A stretch of DNA of 64,000 bases from the NCBI GenBank assembly GCA_002342545.1, contig DDQE01000050.1, positions 3,258 to 67,257 of the forward strand. Reading direction: 5' to 3'. Positions 1-9,687 of this stretch are shown here, piece after piece. Under the pieces are notes generated by a model. The model had not been told where the DNA came from, did no database searches, and saw only the letters and a program-made list of their open reading frames with translations. Origin of the DNA: Bacillales bacterium UBA2450 (GTDB lineage Bacteria; Bacillota_I; Bacilli_A; RFN20; CAG-826). Each line of letters opens with the position of its first letter. Within the stretch, counting starts at the first letter, position 1. The position numbers and the translations under genes were made by a program.

Positions 1-262
1 TAGAATAGCCACTAAAGAATTAGGCTTAACTAGTGAAGTACCTCTACTATTAGAACATATGGTGTTATCTCATCACGGACAATTAGAATTTGGCTCTCCT
101 GTCCTTCCTCTTACTAAGGAAGCCTTACTATTATCTATGATTGATAATTTAGATAGTAAGATGCTGGTGCTAGATAAAGCGTTCACTGATGTCGCTCCTG
201 GGGAATTCACTCAAAAAGTATTCGCGCTTGACAGCAGAATGTTCTATAAGCCAAAAGAATAA
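1..262 (+). CDS. yhaM: 3'-5' exoribonuclease YhaM-like (HD-domain) protein, C-terminal fragment; the 5' end lies outside the window
   Basis: The frame is open from position 2. The C-terminus ...LSHHGQLEFGSPVLPLTKEALLL..IDNLDSKM..LDKAF..V.PGEFT..VFALD.R.FYKP matches the conserved C-terminal tail of Bacillus YhaM/Cbf1. TAA stop at 260-262. Confidence 0.6.
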   Translation, partial: RIATKELGLTSEVPLLLEHMVLSHHGQLEFGSPVLPLTKEALLLSMIDNLDSKMLVLDKAFTDVAPGEFTQKVFALDSRMFYKPKE

Positions 263-372
263 CAAATAAGGGGCTGTTAAGAAATTAGAATCTTAACGCC
301 CTTTTTCTTATGTTAAAAAAGCCCGAAATTCGAGCTTTATGTACAATATTCTTGTCAAAGGAGGTATTGTAC

Positions 373-2034
373 ATGCCTTATTTTACCACGGAAAAAATCT
401 TTTTGATGCCTTCCTTCGATATAAGTGAGAAGGAAAAACGAAATCTTGATACTTTTCTCGAAATATTAGAGAGATCAAACGCTTCTAAGATAATTGAAAA
501 AGTAGTTTCCAAAGACACAAATGTTGGAAGAAAATCATATAATCCATATCGATTATTTGCTTCTATTATTTATGGTTTTTCTAAACATTCAGGAAGTGTG
601 AGAAACTTAGAAGAAAGCCTGGAATTCGATCTTCGTTTTATATATCTGATGGAACAAGAAAGACCATCGTATGTTACTATATCTAAATTTCTTAACAACG
701 TAGTTGTTCCACATCAAAAAGAATTATTTTCCAGTATAATCTCCGCTGTCATTAAGCATTTCAATATTTGCATTGATGATGTATTTTTGGATGGAACGAA
801 ATTTGAAGCTAACGCAAACAAATATAAATTTGTTTGGAAACCAACAACTTTTCATGAAAAACTAAATGCCAATATTAAAAATCTGTTAGTTAAGTATTTT
901 GATATTCCTATTTCAAAGAAAACATTTGTTTCAAAAGAAATAGGTGAATATATAACTCTTCTTTTAGATAAAGCAAAAGAACAAGGTATTGATATAGATA
1001 ATTTAAAAATGGGAAGAGGCCATAAAAAGGTTGAAATTGTCTCAGACATTAAATTACTAAATACCTATCTCAATAAATCTCTAGATTACGAAGAAAAAGA
1101 AGAAATATGTGGTGATAGAAATTCCTTTTATAAAACCGATAAAGACGCTACTGCGATGTGCTTAAAGGAGGATTATTACTCTGGATTAGGTAGCAACATG
1201 CATGCTGGATATAACATTCAAATCATTGTTAGTAAAGGCATAATTCTAAATTATTATGTTGGTCAAGAAAGAAATGATTTCTATGAATTCATCCCTTCTA
1301 TTGATAGTTTTTACAAGAATTATGGATTTTATCCAACGAGAATATGCGCTGATTCAGGATATGGATCCTTGCTTAATTACCGTTATTTAAAAGAACATAA
1401 AATTGGGAATTATGTCAAATACAATATGTGGAGACAAGATGTGTCTGGCGAAAACGTAGACTACTATAAATTTGTTAATGGGAAACTCATTTGTCTTAAT
1501 GGAAAAACCGCTATCGAGAAGGCGGAACACAACGGACGTCATCCGAGAGCTAAGAATAACAAGTTCTACATCATAGAAAACTGTCGTAGATGCAAGTACA
1601 AACAAATTTGCTTTAAACCAATCAAAAACAAAAAGACCACATCTAGAGTATTCGAAACCAATGAAGAGATGTATCTATATAAAGAAGAAGCTAGGCAAAA
1701 TCTGCTTTCAATAAAAGGAATAGAAATGAGAGTTAATAGAAGCTCTCAAGTTGAAGGTGCTTTTGGAGTCATTAAACAGGATATGAATTATGAAAGAATT
1801 AGAAGAAGAGGATTAGAAAAAGTATCCGCAGAAATAATGCTTGTATGTTTGGGATATGTAATTAGAAAAGTATTCGGCTTAATTGATGGAACTGGAAGCA
1901 TTGAATATTGGAAAGCTCCAGATGGATTAGAACCAGAGAAAATTCCATCGATAAATATCGAAAAAATCTTGAATAAAAAGCCAAGAAAAGGCAAAAATGA
2001 AACGCTAAGAAAATCATATAAAAGGGCAAATTAA
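373..2034 (+). CDS. DDE transposase, IS1182-family-like
   Basis: ATG at 373 follows AAGGAGGT at 358-365. The track ORF opens earlier, at 310. Motif LDGTKFEANANKYKFVWK resembles the N-terminal DUF772 region of IS1182/IS5-type transposases. A C-terminal Cys cluster (CLNGK...ENCRRCKYKQIC) is zinc-ribbon-like. The ORF is intact at 554 aa. Confidence 0.75.
   Translation: MPYFTTEKIFLMPSFDISEKEKRNLDTFLEILERSNASKIIEKVVSKDTNVGRKSYNPYRLFASIIYGFSKHSGSVRNLEESLEFDLRFIYLMEQERPSYVTISKFLNNVVVPHQKELFSSIISAVIKHFNICIDDVFLDGTKFEANANKYKFVWKPTTFHEKLNANIKNLLVKYFDIPISKKTFVSKEIGEYITLLLDKAKEQGIDIDNLKMGRGHKKVEIVSDIKLLNTYLNKSLDYEEKEEICGDRNSFYKTDKDATAMCLKEDYYSGLGSNMHAGYNIQIIVSKGIILNYYVGQERNDFYEFIPSIDSFYKNYGFYPTRICADSGYGSLLNYRYLKEHKIGNYVKYNMWRQDVSGENVDYYKFVNGKLICLNGKTAIEKAEHNGRHPRAKNNKFYIIENCRRCKYKQICFKPIKNKKTTSRVFETNEEMYLYKEEARQNLLSIKGIEMRVNRSSQVEGAFGVIKQDMNYERIRRRGLEKVSAEIMLVCLGYVIRKVFGLIDGTGSIEYWKAPDGLEPEKIPSINIEKILNKKPRKGKNETLRKSYKRAN
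686..708. repeat. 23-bp internal direct repeat, copy 1, inside the transposase coding sequence
   Basis: aatttcttaacaacgtagttgtt at 686-708 is identical to 2036-2058, immediately after the tnp stop and just inside IR-R. Confidence 0.8.
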
Positions 2035-2035
2035 C

Positions 2036-2058
2036 AATTTCTTAACAACGTAGTTGTT
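2036..2058. repeat. 23-bp internal direct repeat, copy 2, between the tnp stop and IR-R
   Basis: Identical to 686-708. Confidence 0.8.
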
Positions 2059-2109
2059 GATCAAAAGAAAAAGGGCGTTAAGATTCTAATTTCTTAACAG
2101 CCCCTTTAA

Positions 2110-3150
2110 TTATTTACGATAATACAAAGCGTCTTTATACGAACCTATTTTAATTATTTTCTCTTCTTTAAGAAGTTTAGCAAGAACCATTTCTATGAGC
2201 TGCTCACTTATATCGGGAAGTTGATCCTGGATTTTTCTCTTAGAAATAGGCACAAATGCATTTAGCAATAGATGTTCGATTCTTTCTGATTTTGTCAACT
2301 TTTGATCAATTTGAGAAAAGACGTTTTCATCTAATTTTATATAACACTGATATAAAATTTGAATCATATATAGCATAAACGGTTCGTAGTTATTTTTATT
2401 TTCATGCCAATCAATAGACGAGGCTTGTAGGGTCCTATAATATTCGCTTTTGTTTTCATTAATCATGTTTTCTATTGATATGAATTTACCAATATCAAAC
2501 CCTGCTTTATATAAAAGAAGCAGTGTTAATAATCTAGACATTCTTCCATTGCCATCATCAAATGGGTGGACACATAAGAAATCTAAGATAAAACAAGAAA
2601 TCAATAAAAGAGGATTGATGTTTGGATTATGGCTAGCTTCATTAAACGCAATAAGCATTTGATCAATAGATGCATCAACATCTTTAGGGGGTGTTGGAAC
2701 AAAAATAACTATGTTTCTTCCATTTTGTTTTTCACTTATAACATTAGGCTCTGTTTTAAAGTGACCGCGATTATCGATTTTAGCGATGTCTAATAATTGT
2801 TTATGTAAGGACAAAATACTAGTTTTATCAAAGATAATTCTTTGGTTATAGTTATGAATGTCATTTAAGGCGTTTCTGTAGCCAATTATTTCTTCTTCAG
2901 AATGTGTATAAGCTTTATTATCTCCAGAGGCGATTTCATTTATTCTTTGTTCTGTTGTGCGAATATTTTCGATCGCATTACTGCCTTTAATAGAATCTCT
3001 AATTGCTTTTTCTTTTAATTTATCAAATAAAGAAGGACTGTTTTTTAATCTGACACTTTCCTTCCCTTTGATATCGTAAATAATCGCTGTTAAGTTTACT
3101 AACTTAGCAGGCACTAATTCTTCTAAAAATGAATAATCAAATTTTCTCAC
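2110..3150 (-). CDS. fic: Fic/Doc family protein (AMPylator), class II with N-terminal inhibitory motif
   Basis: Canonical Fic motif HPFDDGNGRMSRLL. The N-terminal SNAIEN fits the inhibitory [ST]xxxE[GN] motif. GTG start at 3150 preceded by AAAGGA. An extended -10 (TGgTATAAT) lies upstream on the minus strand. Confidence 0.85.
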   Translation of the reverse strand: MRKFDYSFLEELVPAKLVNLTAIIYDIKGKESVRLKNSPSLFDKLKEKAIRDSIKGSNAIENIRTTEQRINEIASGDNKAYTHSEEEIIGYRNALNDIHNYNQRIIFDKTSILSLHKQLLDIAKIDNRGHFKTEPNVISEKQNGRNIVIFVPTPPKDVDASIDQMLIAFNEASHNPNINPLLLISCFILDFLCVHPFDDGNGRMSRLLTLLLLYKAGFDIGKFISIENMINENKSEYYRTLQASSIDWHENKNNYEPFMLYMIQILYQCYIKLDENVFSQIDQKLTKSERIEHLLLNAFVPISKRKIQDQLPDISEQLIEMVLAKLLKEEKIIKIGSYKDALYYRK

Positions 3151-3267
3151 TAATGATTTTCCTTTTCTGACTAAATTATACCATAAAATAGGCAGTAAAC
3201 AAGAGAAATTAGGTAGAAAAAGTACATTTATAAATATATTAATTAAATATAATTTAGGTTAGATAAA

Positions 3268-3295
3268 TTTTTAAAAGGCTCGATCGAGCCTTTGT
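3268..3295 (-). terminator. Rho-independent terminator downstream of the HIT gene
   Basis: Perfect palindrome aggctcgatcgagcct at 3276-3291 flanked by A/T runs. It could act in both directions. Confidence 0.5.
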
Positions 3296-3300
3296 ATGTT

Positions 3301-3711
3301 CTATAATTCTTTTTTAATCTCTTTCGCTAACGCTGGTAGATTAAGTCCTTCTGCGTTATTTTTCATCTCTAGGATAAATCCTTCTTCAGAGTTATATCTA
3401 GGAATAACGTGGACATGGAAGTGCATCACTGTTTGTCCTGCAGCAGGATAGCAGTTAGTGAGTATATTCACTCCTCTAGCGCCAAGTAATTTCACTTCGA
3501 CTTGACCAATCCTTTGAGCGACATCCATCACTTTATGCATTTCTTCTTGTGGGATTGTTAAGAAGTTATCGTAATGTTTTTTTGAAATTACTAAAGTATG
3601 CCCTTTAGTGACTTGAGATATATCTAAGAAGGCTAATACATCATTATCTTCATAGACTTTATGACATGGGACTTCCCCATCAATGATTTTGCAAAAAATA
3701 TCTTTTTCCAT
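3301..3711 (-). CDS. hit: HIT-family (histidine triad) nucleotide hydrolase
   Basis: HxHxHxx motif MHFHVHVIPR. 136 aa. RBS GAGGTAG upstream of the ATG. Confidence 0.9.
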   Translation of the reverse strand: MEKDIFCKIIDGEVPCHKVYEDNDVLAFLDISQVTKGHTLVISKKHYDNFLTIPQEEMHKVMDVAQRIGQVEVKLLGARGVNILTNCYPAAGQTVMHFHVHVIPRYNSEEGFILEMKNNAEGLNLPALAKEIKKEL

Positions 3712-3803
3712 AATAATTACTACCTCTAATTAATTATATATCCTTTTTATAAAATAAAAACCAGGCACTTTAATTTTGTACCTGGTTAATTTTGTTTTGT
3801 TAA

Positions 3804-5801
3804 TTATTCAAATAAGTCTGGATAATTACTCTTGAAGTAATCATAGACACTTTGATCGTGATAGACGATATCCATCTTCTTTAACCAATATTCTTTACTT
3901 AAAGAAGAATAGCTACCGGTTTCAGCGACTTTAGTGGTGACTTCAGAGATGACTTCATTTAAGAATTCTTGTCCGCGGGTGTTAGCATAGCTACTTTCGG
4001 ATTCAGAATTTCTTAATTTGACGTCTTTAGCAGCTTCGATGACTTGGCAGATATAATATGCACTTCCATCGTCATAGACGATATCACTTGTATATTCACT
4101 ACCAGCGTAGCTTCCTTCAAATTTGAGGAAGTAGCTGCCGTTGATAGAACAGATGTATTTGTTTTCTGCTTTAGCTTTTTCTTCTCTAACTTCCCAGACA
4201 CCTTCTTTTTTGACATATCTATCAGTGGCGGCTAAACCAGTGACATTATCAAATTTAAGGATTTCATCAGTTGCGTCTTTAGCTTCTAATTTGTTATTAG
4301 CAACTGAGAGTTGGAATAAGTTAGATTTGATGGTGCCGTTACTATCTAATGATGGTCCGCTTTTTTGGACGTACCAGCCTTTAGTAATCGCTTCGACTTG
4401 GCTTAAGGAAATTCTTTCTTGGTCGAATCCTTCTTCTGGAGAAACAGTACCACTAGAAGTGAACTTATTTCTTAAAGAGGTATCGATTTCTTCAAAGCTT
4501 TCAGCGGATAAGAATTCATCATAGTCTTCAACTAAATCACCATAGGTGGTGTTTTCATAATATGCTTTTCCTTGTTTGACAGCATATTTGAAGGCATCAG
4601 AACGAGATTCGTGAATTCTATAGATAATTTGTTCAGCGTTCCAATATTCTGCACTTGTTTCATCAGTAACAGGGGTAACTGTTGCTGGATCATAGACTTT
4701 TAATCCTTTGGAGATTTCTTCATATTTTTCAAAGACTTCTCTAAATGGGTTGTTAGCTTCATCAACATATGCGAGGTAATCACCAGTTGGAGCTTTAGAA
4801 TAGATTTCTCTTACTAATTGTTTGACTAATAAGTCAGCGTTAATGTGGAAGGAAGAATATTTTTCGATTTTGATAACGTTGATTAATCTTGCTCTTGACT
4901 GTTTAACCGCGTTACTTTCTTCATCTAATAAATATTGTTCGACTAATAAATCACTATAGATTTGTGGAACGATTTCTTTTTCAATATATTGATATTTTTC
5001 TGTTCCAGCAGTTTCATCTTCATCTAAGGCGAAGTTTGATTGATAGAATTCTCTATGAAGAATTCCGGCAGTAAATACTTCATCTTCTTCAACAGTGTAA
5101 TCAATGATTAATGGCTTCACATCTTTAACGGCTTGTTCGGTGTATTTTTTCACACTTTGACCGGCTTCATATAAAGATTTAAGATAGTCAGCTTCTTTAA
5201 AGAAGTGCTTGCTGGTATAGGAACTACCAGAAACTTTAGCAAACATATTCTCAGCGATTCTTTTTTCGATATCATCGAATCTAGAAGTCATTCTGATGAT
5301 TTCTGAACTACATGGAACGAAAGTCTTATCATCTTCAACTTTGCTCCATTTGCTAGGATCAGCGTCATCATCGTTAATATGTTCGCCTTTGTCGTTATAG
5401 GTCCAATAGACTTTATGCGCTCTAATGAACTTATAGAGTTTTTCTAATTCTTCAGTAGAAGCACTGTTGCTTCTAGCGATTTTGGTTGCTTCTTTTAAGG
5501 TGACACTGGTGTCGCCATCAGCAAGAGTAACTTTGTTATAAGCACCGTAGACACTTTGAGCGTATCTATATAAGACTTTGTCTAAGGTCTTGCTTGGAAG
5601 ATCTCCATCGTGAAGTTGATCGGCAATAATCTTAATAATATTGTTATGGATCTCTTCGGTTTCTCCGTCAATAGTGATAACTGGGTCATTGTAGTTGCCT
5701 GGTAAAGATTTAACTTCTTCAGTAGAACTACCACAGGCAGTTAAGCCTAAGACGCCTAATAAGGATAAAACTGCTAACTTAGGAAATTTCTTATTTAACA
5801 T
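3804..5801 (-). CDS. Large lipoprotein of unknown function
   Basis: The likely true start is M33 of the track ORF (ATG at 5801, RBS AAGGAGGAG). Signal peptide plus lipobox LGLTAC-GSS. 665 aa. Overlaps the upstream gene by 11 nt (ATGTTAAATAA). Confidence 0.75.
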   Translation of the reverse strand: MLNKKFPKLAVLSLLGVLGLTACGSSTEEVKSLPGNYNDPVITIDGETEEIHNNIIKIIADQLHDGDLPSKTLDKVLYRYAQSVYGAYNKVTLADGDTSVTLKEATKIARSNSASTEELEKLYKFIRAHKVYWTYNDKGEHINDDDADPSKWSKVEDDKTFVPCSSEIIRMTSRFDDIEKRIAENMFAKVSGSSYTSKHFFKEADYLKSLYEAGQSVKKYTEQAVKDVKPLIIDYTVEEDEVFTAGILHREFYQSNFALDEDETAGTEKYQYIEKEIVPQIYSDLLVEQYLLDEESNAVKQSRARLINVIKIEKYSSFHINADLLVKQLVREIYSKAPTGDYLAYVDEANNPFREVFEKYEEISKGLKVYDPATVTPVTDETSAEYWNAEQIIYRIHESRSDAFKYAVKQGKAYYENTTYGDLVEDYDEFLSAESFEEIDTSLRNKFTSSGTVSPEEGFDQERISLSQVEAITKGWYVQKSGPSLDSNGTIKSNLFQLSVANNKLEAKDATDEILKFDNVTGLAATDRYVKKEGVWEVREEKAKAENKYICSINGSYFLKFEGSYAGSEYTSDIVYDDGSAYYICQVIEAAKDVKLRNSESESSYANTRGQEFLNEVISEVTTKVAETGSYSSLSKEYWLKKMDIVYHDQSVYDYFKSNYPDLFE

Positions 5802-7899
5802 AGCACTCTCCTCCTTCTTTCCATAAGTCCTCATTACCTTTCTTGAATGAGAAGGCACAAGTAGTTGGAACAAATGCATCTTTATACATACCTTCATCGC
5901 TTCTTAATTCGTTTTGGTTAATTAATTGCATGAGGTATTCAGTCCATGCTTTATTGATGGATTCTTCTTGAGAGAGTTTTGCGCTTTCTCTAAGTTGGCT
6001 AATAGTTCTTTCGATATTAGCTCTAATAACTGATTTACCTTCAACTTCATCAGAGAAGTGGATTCTATCTTTTAAGGCCCCACCTTCTAGAGGATAGTTA
6101 AGTAAGGTTTCATATAGACGATAGTCATAAGCAGCATCGAAGTTGCTGGACTTAACGTCGTTCTTGATAGTGTTTACACGATTTGTATAATAGGAGCTAT
6201 CATTAACATTTTTAATGTTAACATATGTTTCATGATCATGATCATAATCTTTATCGGTTGGGATTTGAGCAGTGTAGTAATAATCCTCTAAAGATGTATG
6301 TGTCTTTAATGTAGATGCATCTTCATCAATACTACCATCAGCTTTATAAACAACTTTTTCATAAGCTTTCTTATTAGTGTTTTCAAAGACTGATTTTCTC
6401 ATTACCATGAAGTGGATACCAGCAGTACTTCTAACACCGATAACAACGTTACCATTGGTGTCACATAATACTTTCTTAGTGAAGGCTGGATCACCTAATT
6501 TTCCACTTTGGAAGTTATTGCTTTGAAGTTTTAAGACATCCTCATCATCGAAGTCATATGTTTCAGTAGCAGCTTGATCATTACTAAAGTCCACAGAATC
6601 CTGTTTTAATAATTCATTTGTAATCACAAATGGTGAACGGAAGTTTAAGAAAGCATTGAATAAAACGTTTCTTGGTAAGGAAGCTTGGCCGCCTTCTGGA
6701 GAGAAGGTTCCAATCTTATCTTCTTTAGCCATTAAACCAATTTGTCTAAAGACATCAAATGGAATAGCTGGTAAAGAAGTTTGTGGATCTTGTAAATGGA
6801 CATTAACTTCATCTAACATTGTCTCTTTAATTAAATCGACAACTTTTTCTTTAGTTTCCACTCTATATTCCACTCCAGTAGTTGGATCAACTTCTGCCAT
6901 GGTTTTAGTGACGATTTCAGCGCTTGAATCAATACCAAATGCTTTGTAAATGTTATCGTTTACATCAGCGGTTTCGCTATTATTTGCACTTAAGATAGCG
7001 TCATAAGCATAAGTACCTAATTTGAATTCGTTATAGAATGAAGTTCTGGTGCTCATTAATTCAACATCACCAAATTCACTACTAGAAGTATCATCAGATA
7101 ATTTAGCAGTTTCTTCGAAACTATATTGTCCGTCGACTAAGTGTCTGACAATGTCCCATAATTTTTCAGCTTCAGATTCTGAGATTGTAGCGTGACTATA
7201 ATCACCAGCATCAGCGCTTAATTTCACTAAGATGTGAATAACGTGATATGGGAAGACTGGTTCAACATTTTCAGTAGCTGGTTCAATTTCTGTCCAGTCT
7301 TTAGTTAAACCGGTTGTTTCATCTGTAGTAGCAGACACTCCGATATATTCTTGTCTTAAGCCAACAACAGTGTCATCTTCACTTGTTTCAAAGTGTTTTT
7401 TGAAATACCAATCAGTCATCGCCTCTTTTTCTAATTCGTAGACGTATTTTAATCTGAGGTTTTCTTCGGAATCGACATCGTTACTTTCTAAAATTTTTGC
7501 CCATTCTGCTTCTGGTTCAGTGCCGTTATTAGTGGCATTATCATTAGCGGTTTGTCTAGCTGCTTTCACTTTATCAGCGGCTTCTGACTTAATTCTGCTA
7601 AACTTTTTGAGATCAGGTTCTTTTGGATTCTCATCTGCGGCAAGTTTTGGATATTCGTATCTGACTAAAGATTCAAGGATGGCATTATAGTATTTGGTTG
7701 TGCCATCTTTTCCTTCTCCAAATTCGCGATACAATTCATCCACATTGATTTCAATACGGTCAGTTGAACTGTTATAACCAATGAAATCAACAACAGATTT
7801 GTCACTTGTGGTAACTGTTGCTGCGTCTCCACAGCTAGTTAACGCAAGAGCGCCGATGAAACTAGTAACTAAACCGATAGATAGCTTACTTTTTTTCAT
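5791..7899 (-). CDS. Large lipoprotein with parvulin-like (PrsA/SurA-type PPIase) signature
   Basis: Lipobox ALALTSC-GD. The internal FPYHVIHILVKL resembles the parvulin hallmark xHILVK. RBS AAAGGAGAAAC. Confidence 0.65.
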   Translation of the reverse strand: MKKSKLSIGLVTSFIGALALTSCGDAATVTTSDKSVVDFIGYNSSTDRIEINVDELYREFGEGKDGTTKYYNAILESLVRYEYPKLAADENPKEPDLKKFSRIKSEAADKVKAARQTANDNATNNGTEPEAEWAKILESNDVDSEENLRLKYVYELEKEAMTDWYFKKHFETSEDDTVVGLRQEYIGVSATTDETTGLTKDWTEIEPATENVEPVFPYHVIHILVKLSADAGDYSHATISESEAEKLWDIVRHLVDGQYSFEETAKLSDDTSSSEFGDVELMSTRTSFYNEFKLGTYAYDAILSANNSETADVNDNIYKAFGIDSSAEIVTKTMAEVDPTTGVEYRVETKEKVVDLIKETMLDEVNVHLQDPQTSLPAIPFDVFRQIGLMAKEDKIGTFSPEGGQASLPRNVLFNAFLNFRSPFVITNELLKQDSVDFSNDQAATETYDFDDEDVLKLQSNNFQSGKLGDPAFTKKVLCDTNGNVVIGVRSTAGIHFMVMRKSVFENTNKKAYEKVVYKADGSIDEDASTLKTHTSLEDYYYTAQIPTDKDYDHDHETYVNIKNVNDSSYYTNRVNTIKNDVKSSNFDAAYDYRLYETLLNYPLEGGALKDRIHFSDEVEGKSVIRANIERTISQLRESAKLSQEESINKAWTEYLMQLINQNELRSDEGMYKDAFVPTTCAFSFKKGNEDLWKEGGECYVK

Positions 7900-8089
7900 C
7901 TAATTGTTTCTCCTTTTTGAATACATAGCGAATATATTTTATATATCTTCATTTTTGCGTGCAATAATAATTTTAATTATTTTATGCATGAGTATATACG
8001 CAAGAAAGTCATTATTTACATTTTTATTACTATATTGTTTGCATATTATTTTGCTAAAAACTACAATAATTCAGCATTGAGGTATTAGC

Positions 8090-8911
8090 ATGGCAACTTT
8101 AAAAATTAATGACCTACATGTCCAAGTTGAAGGAAAAGAAATCCTTAAGGGTATCTCTTTTAGTATTTCTGAAGGAGAAACTGTGGCGCTTCTTGGGCCT
8201 AATGGACACGGTAAGTCCACATTATTTAACGCGATTATGGGTCATCCTAGATATAAGATTACTCAGGGTAGCATTTATTTAGACGACTTAGATTTAACAA
8301 ACTTATCCACTGATGAACGTGCGAGGGCAGGTTTATTTTTAGGATTACAAAATCCTGCTGAAGTTCCAGGAGTTATTAATAGTGATTTCTTAAGAGCTGC
8401 AGTTAATGCGACTAGTAAAGAAAGAATTTCAACTTATAAATTTTATAAGTTACTAGATAATGCGACTAAAGAATTAAAGATGCCATTTGATTTAGCCACT
8501 AGAAGTTTAAACGAAGGATTTTCTGGTGGAGAAAAGAAAAGAAATGAAATACTTCAACTTATGTTATTAAATCCAAAAATCGCTATGCTTGATGAAATTG
8601 ATTCTGGTTTAGATGTTGACGCGATTCAAACAGTCGCTGATGTGATCAATAAATTAGAAGCTCAAGGCAAGGGATTTTTAGTTATTTCTCACTATGCTAG
8701 ATTATTCGATTTAATTAAACCTACAAGAGCGATTGTAATAGTCAATGGGAAAATCGTTTTAGATGGTGATCCAAGTCTCATCAAGAGAATTGACCAAACC
8801 GGATACGAATTCATTAAAACTGAACTCGGAATTAGTATCGAAAAAGAAGAAAATAAAATGAACGAAGTCTCTATTGGTAGTTGTGCTGTTAGAGAGTCGA
8901 TTAAAAAATAA
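8090..8911 (+). CDS. sufC: Fe-S cluster assembly ATPase SufC
   Basis: Walker A GPNGHGKST, ABC signature FSGGEKKRNEILQ, 273 aa. First gene of a suf operon. Confidence 0.9.
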   Translation: MATLKINDLHVQVEGKEILKGISFSISEGETVALLGPNGHGKSTLFNAIMGHPRYKITQGSIYLDDLDLTNLSTDERARAGLFLGLQNPAEVPGVINSDFLRAAVNATSKERISTYKFYKLLDNATKELKMPFDLATRSLNEGFSGGEKKRNEILQLMLLNPKIAMLDEIDSGLDVDAIQTVADVINKLEAQGKGFLVISHYARLFDLIKPTRAIVIVNGKIVLDGDPSLIKRIDQTGYEFIKTELGISIEKEENKMNEVSIGSCAVRESIKK

Positions 8912-8913
8912 AT

Positions 8914-9687
8914 ATGAATAAGATTATTGTAGAAGAAAATACTAACTTAGATTTATCCACTTTAGATAGTCAACTTTCTTTTGAATGCTCTAAAAGTAAA
9001 TCTAATTTATATCTACATAATTTAAAAAGTGATAATGAGCTATCTTTTGATGTATTAGAGAATAGTGTTTTATATTTATCAATCTTCTCTGATAAAGTTC
9101 TTGAAAACTGTAAAATCACTGCAAATCTCGGAAAAAAATCAAAAATTGTCGTATATTTTGCTGATTTTAGTGTTTCTAAAAACAAACTAGATGCGACGAT
9201 AAATTTAAATGAAGAAGGTGCGACTTGTGAGTGGCATTTAGCTTCTTTATCTTCTAATAATGATAATAAAGATATAGTGGTTAATATTTATCATAATCAC
9301 CCATCTACTTTTGGGCGTATCGATAACTATGGAGTATGTAAAGATAAGGGTCAATTAACTTTCTCAGGAATCTCCTATATTAACAAAGGATGTCACTTAT
9401 CTAAATCACATCAAAACGCAAAAATTGTGGTCTTTGATAATGAGTGTGTGGCTAAAGCTAAACCAATATTAAAAATTGATGAAAATGATATCGAAGCAAG
9501 CCACGCAGCAAGTGTCGGCAAAGTGAGTGATGAACACATATTTTATTTAACCTCTAGAGGCTTAAATTTAGAAGAAGCAAAAATGCTTATTACATTAGGT
9601 TATTTAAAACCGATTTTAAAAGGATTTAATGACTCTATTCAAAATGCGATTGATAGCCTTATTGAAAGGAGACTTTCTAATGTATAA
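8914..9687 (+). CDS. sufD: Fe-S cluster assembly protein SufD (short form, 257 aa)
   Basis: Its C-terminus ...VGKVSDEHIFYLTSRGLNLEEAKMLITLGYL is the conserved SufB/SufD tail. It sits between sufC and sufS. Confidence 0.75.
   Translation: MNKIIVEENTNLDLSTLDSQLSFECSKSKSNLYLHNLKSDNELSFDVLENSVLYLSIFSDKVLENCKITANLGKKSKIVVYFADFSVSKNKLDATINLNEEGATCEWHLASLSSNNDNKDIVVNIYHNHPSTFGRIDNYGVCKDKGQLTFSGISYINKGCHLSKSHQNAKIVVFDNECVAKAKPILKIDENDIEASHAASVGKVSDEHIFYLTSRGLNLEEAKMLITLGYLKPILKGFNDSIQNAIDSLIERRLSNV

Larger units (their letters stand above)
268..2106 (+). mobile_element. Complete insertion sequence, IS1182-family-like, with 42-bp perfect terminal inverted repeats
   Basis: Bases 268-309 (aaggggctgttaagaaattagaatcttaacgccctttttctt) are the exact reverse complement of 2065-2106. 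One transposase ORF lies between them. The element sits in the intergenic space between convergent yhaM-like and fic genes. Confidence 0.8.

Noticed and set aside
262-310. Possibility that the IS interrupts the yhaM-like gene
   Set aside because: The yhaM-like ORF reaches its natural conserved C-terminus and a TAA stop at 260-262, before IR-L begins at 268. The insertion is intergenic. No convincing target-site duplication was found, so none is claimed.
852-2000. Minus-strand ORFs 852-1049, 1387-1605 and 1788-1994 inside the IS
   Set aside because: They are antisense to the intact transposase ORF and low-complexity. This is the usual AT-rich shadow pattern.
4013-4524. ORFs 4013-4216 (-), 4044-4235 (+) and 4141-4524 (+) overlapping the lipoprotein gene
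   Set aside because: They are nested in or antisense to a well-supported 665-aa lipoprotein gene and have no RBS. Spurious.
7900-8089. Inverted repeats (ttgcgt...acgcaa; tattgt...acaata) in the divergent lipoprotein/suf promoter region as a SufR/IscR-type operator
   Set aside because: The arms are short (6 bp), widely spaced and in a region of about 80% AT. They cannot be told apart from chance.
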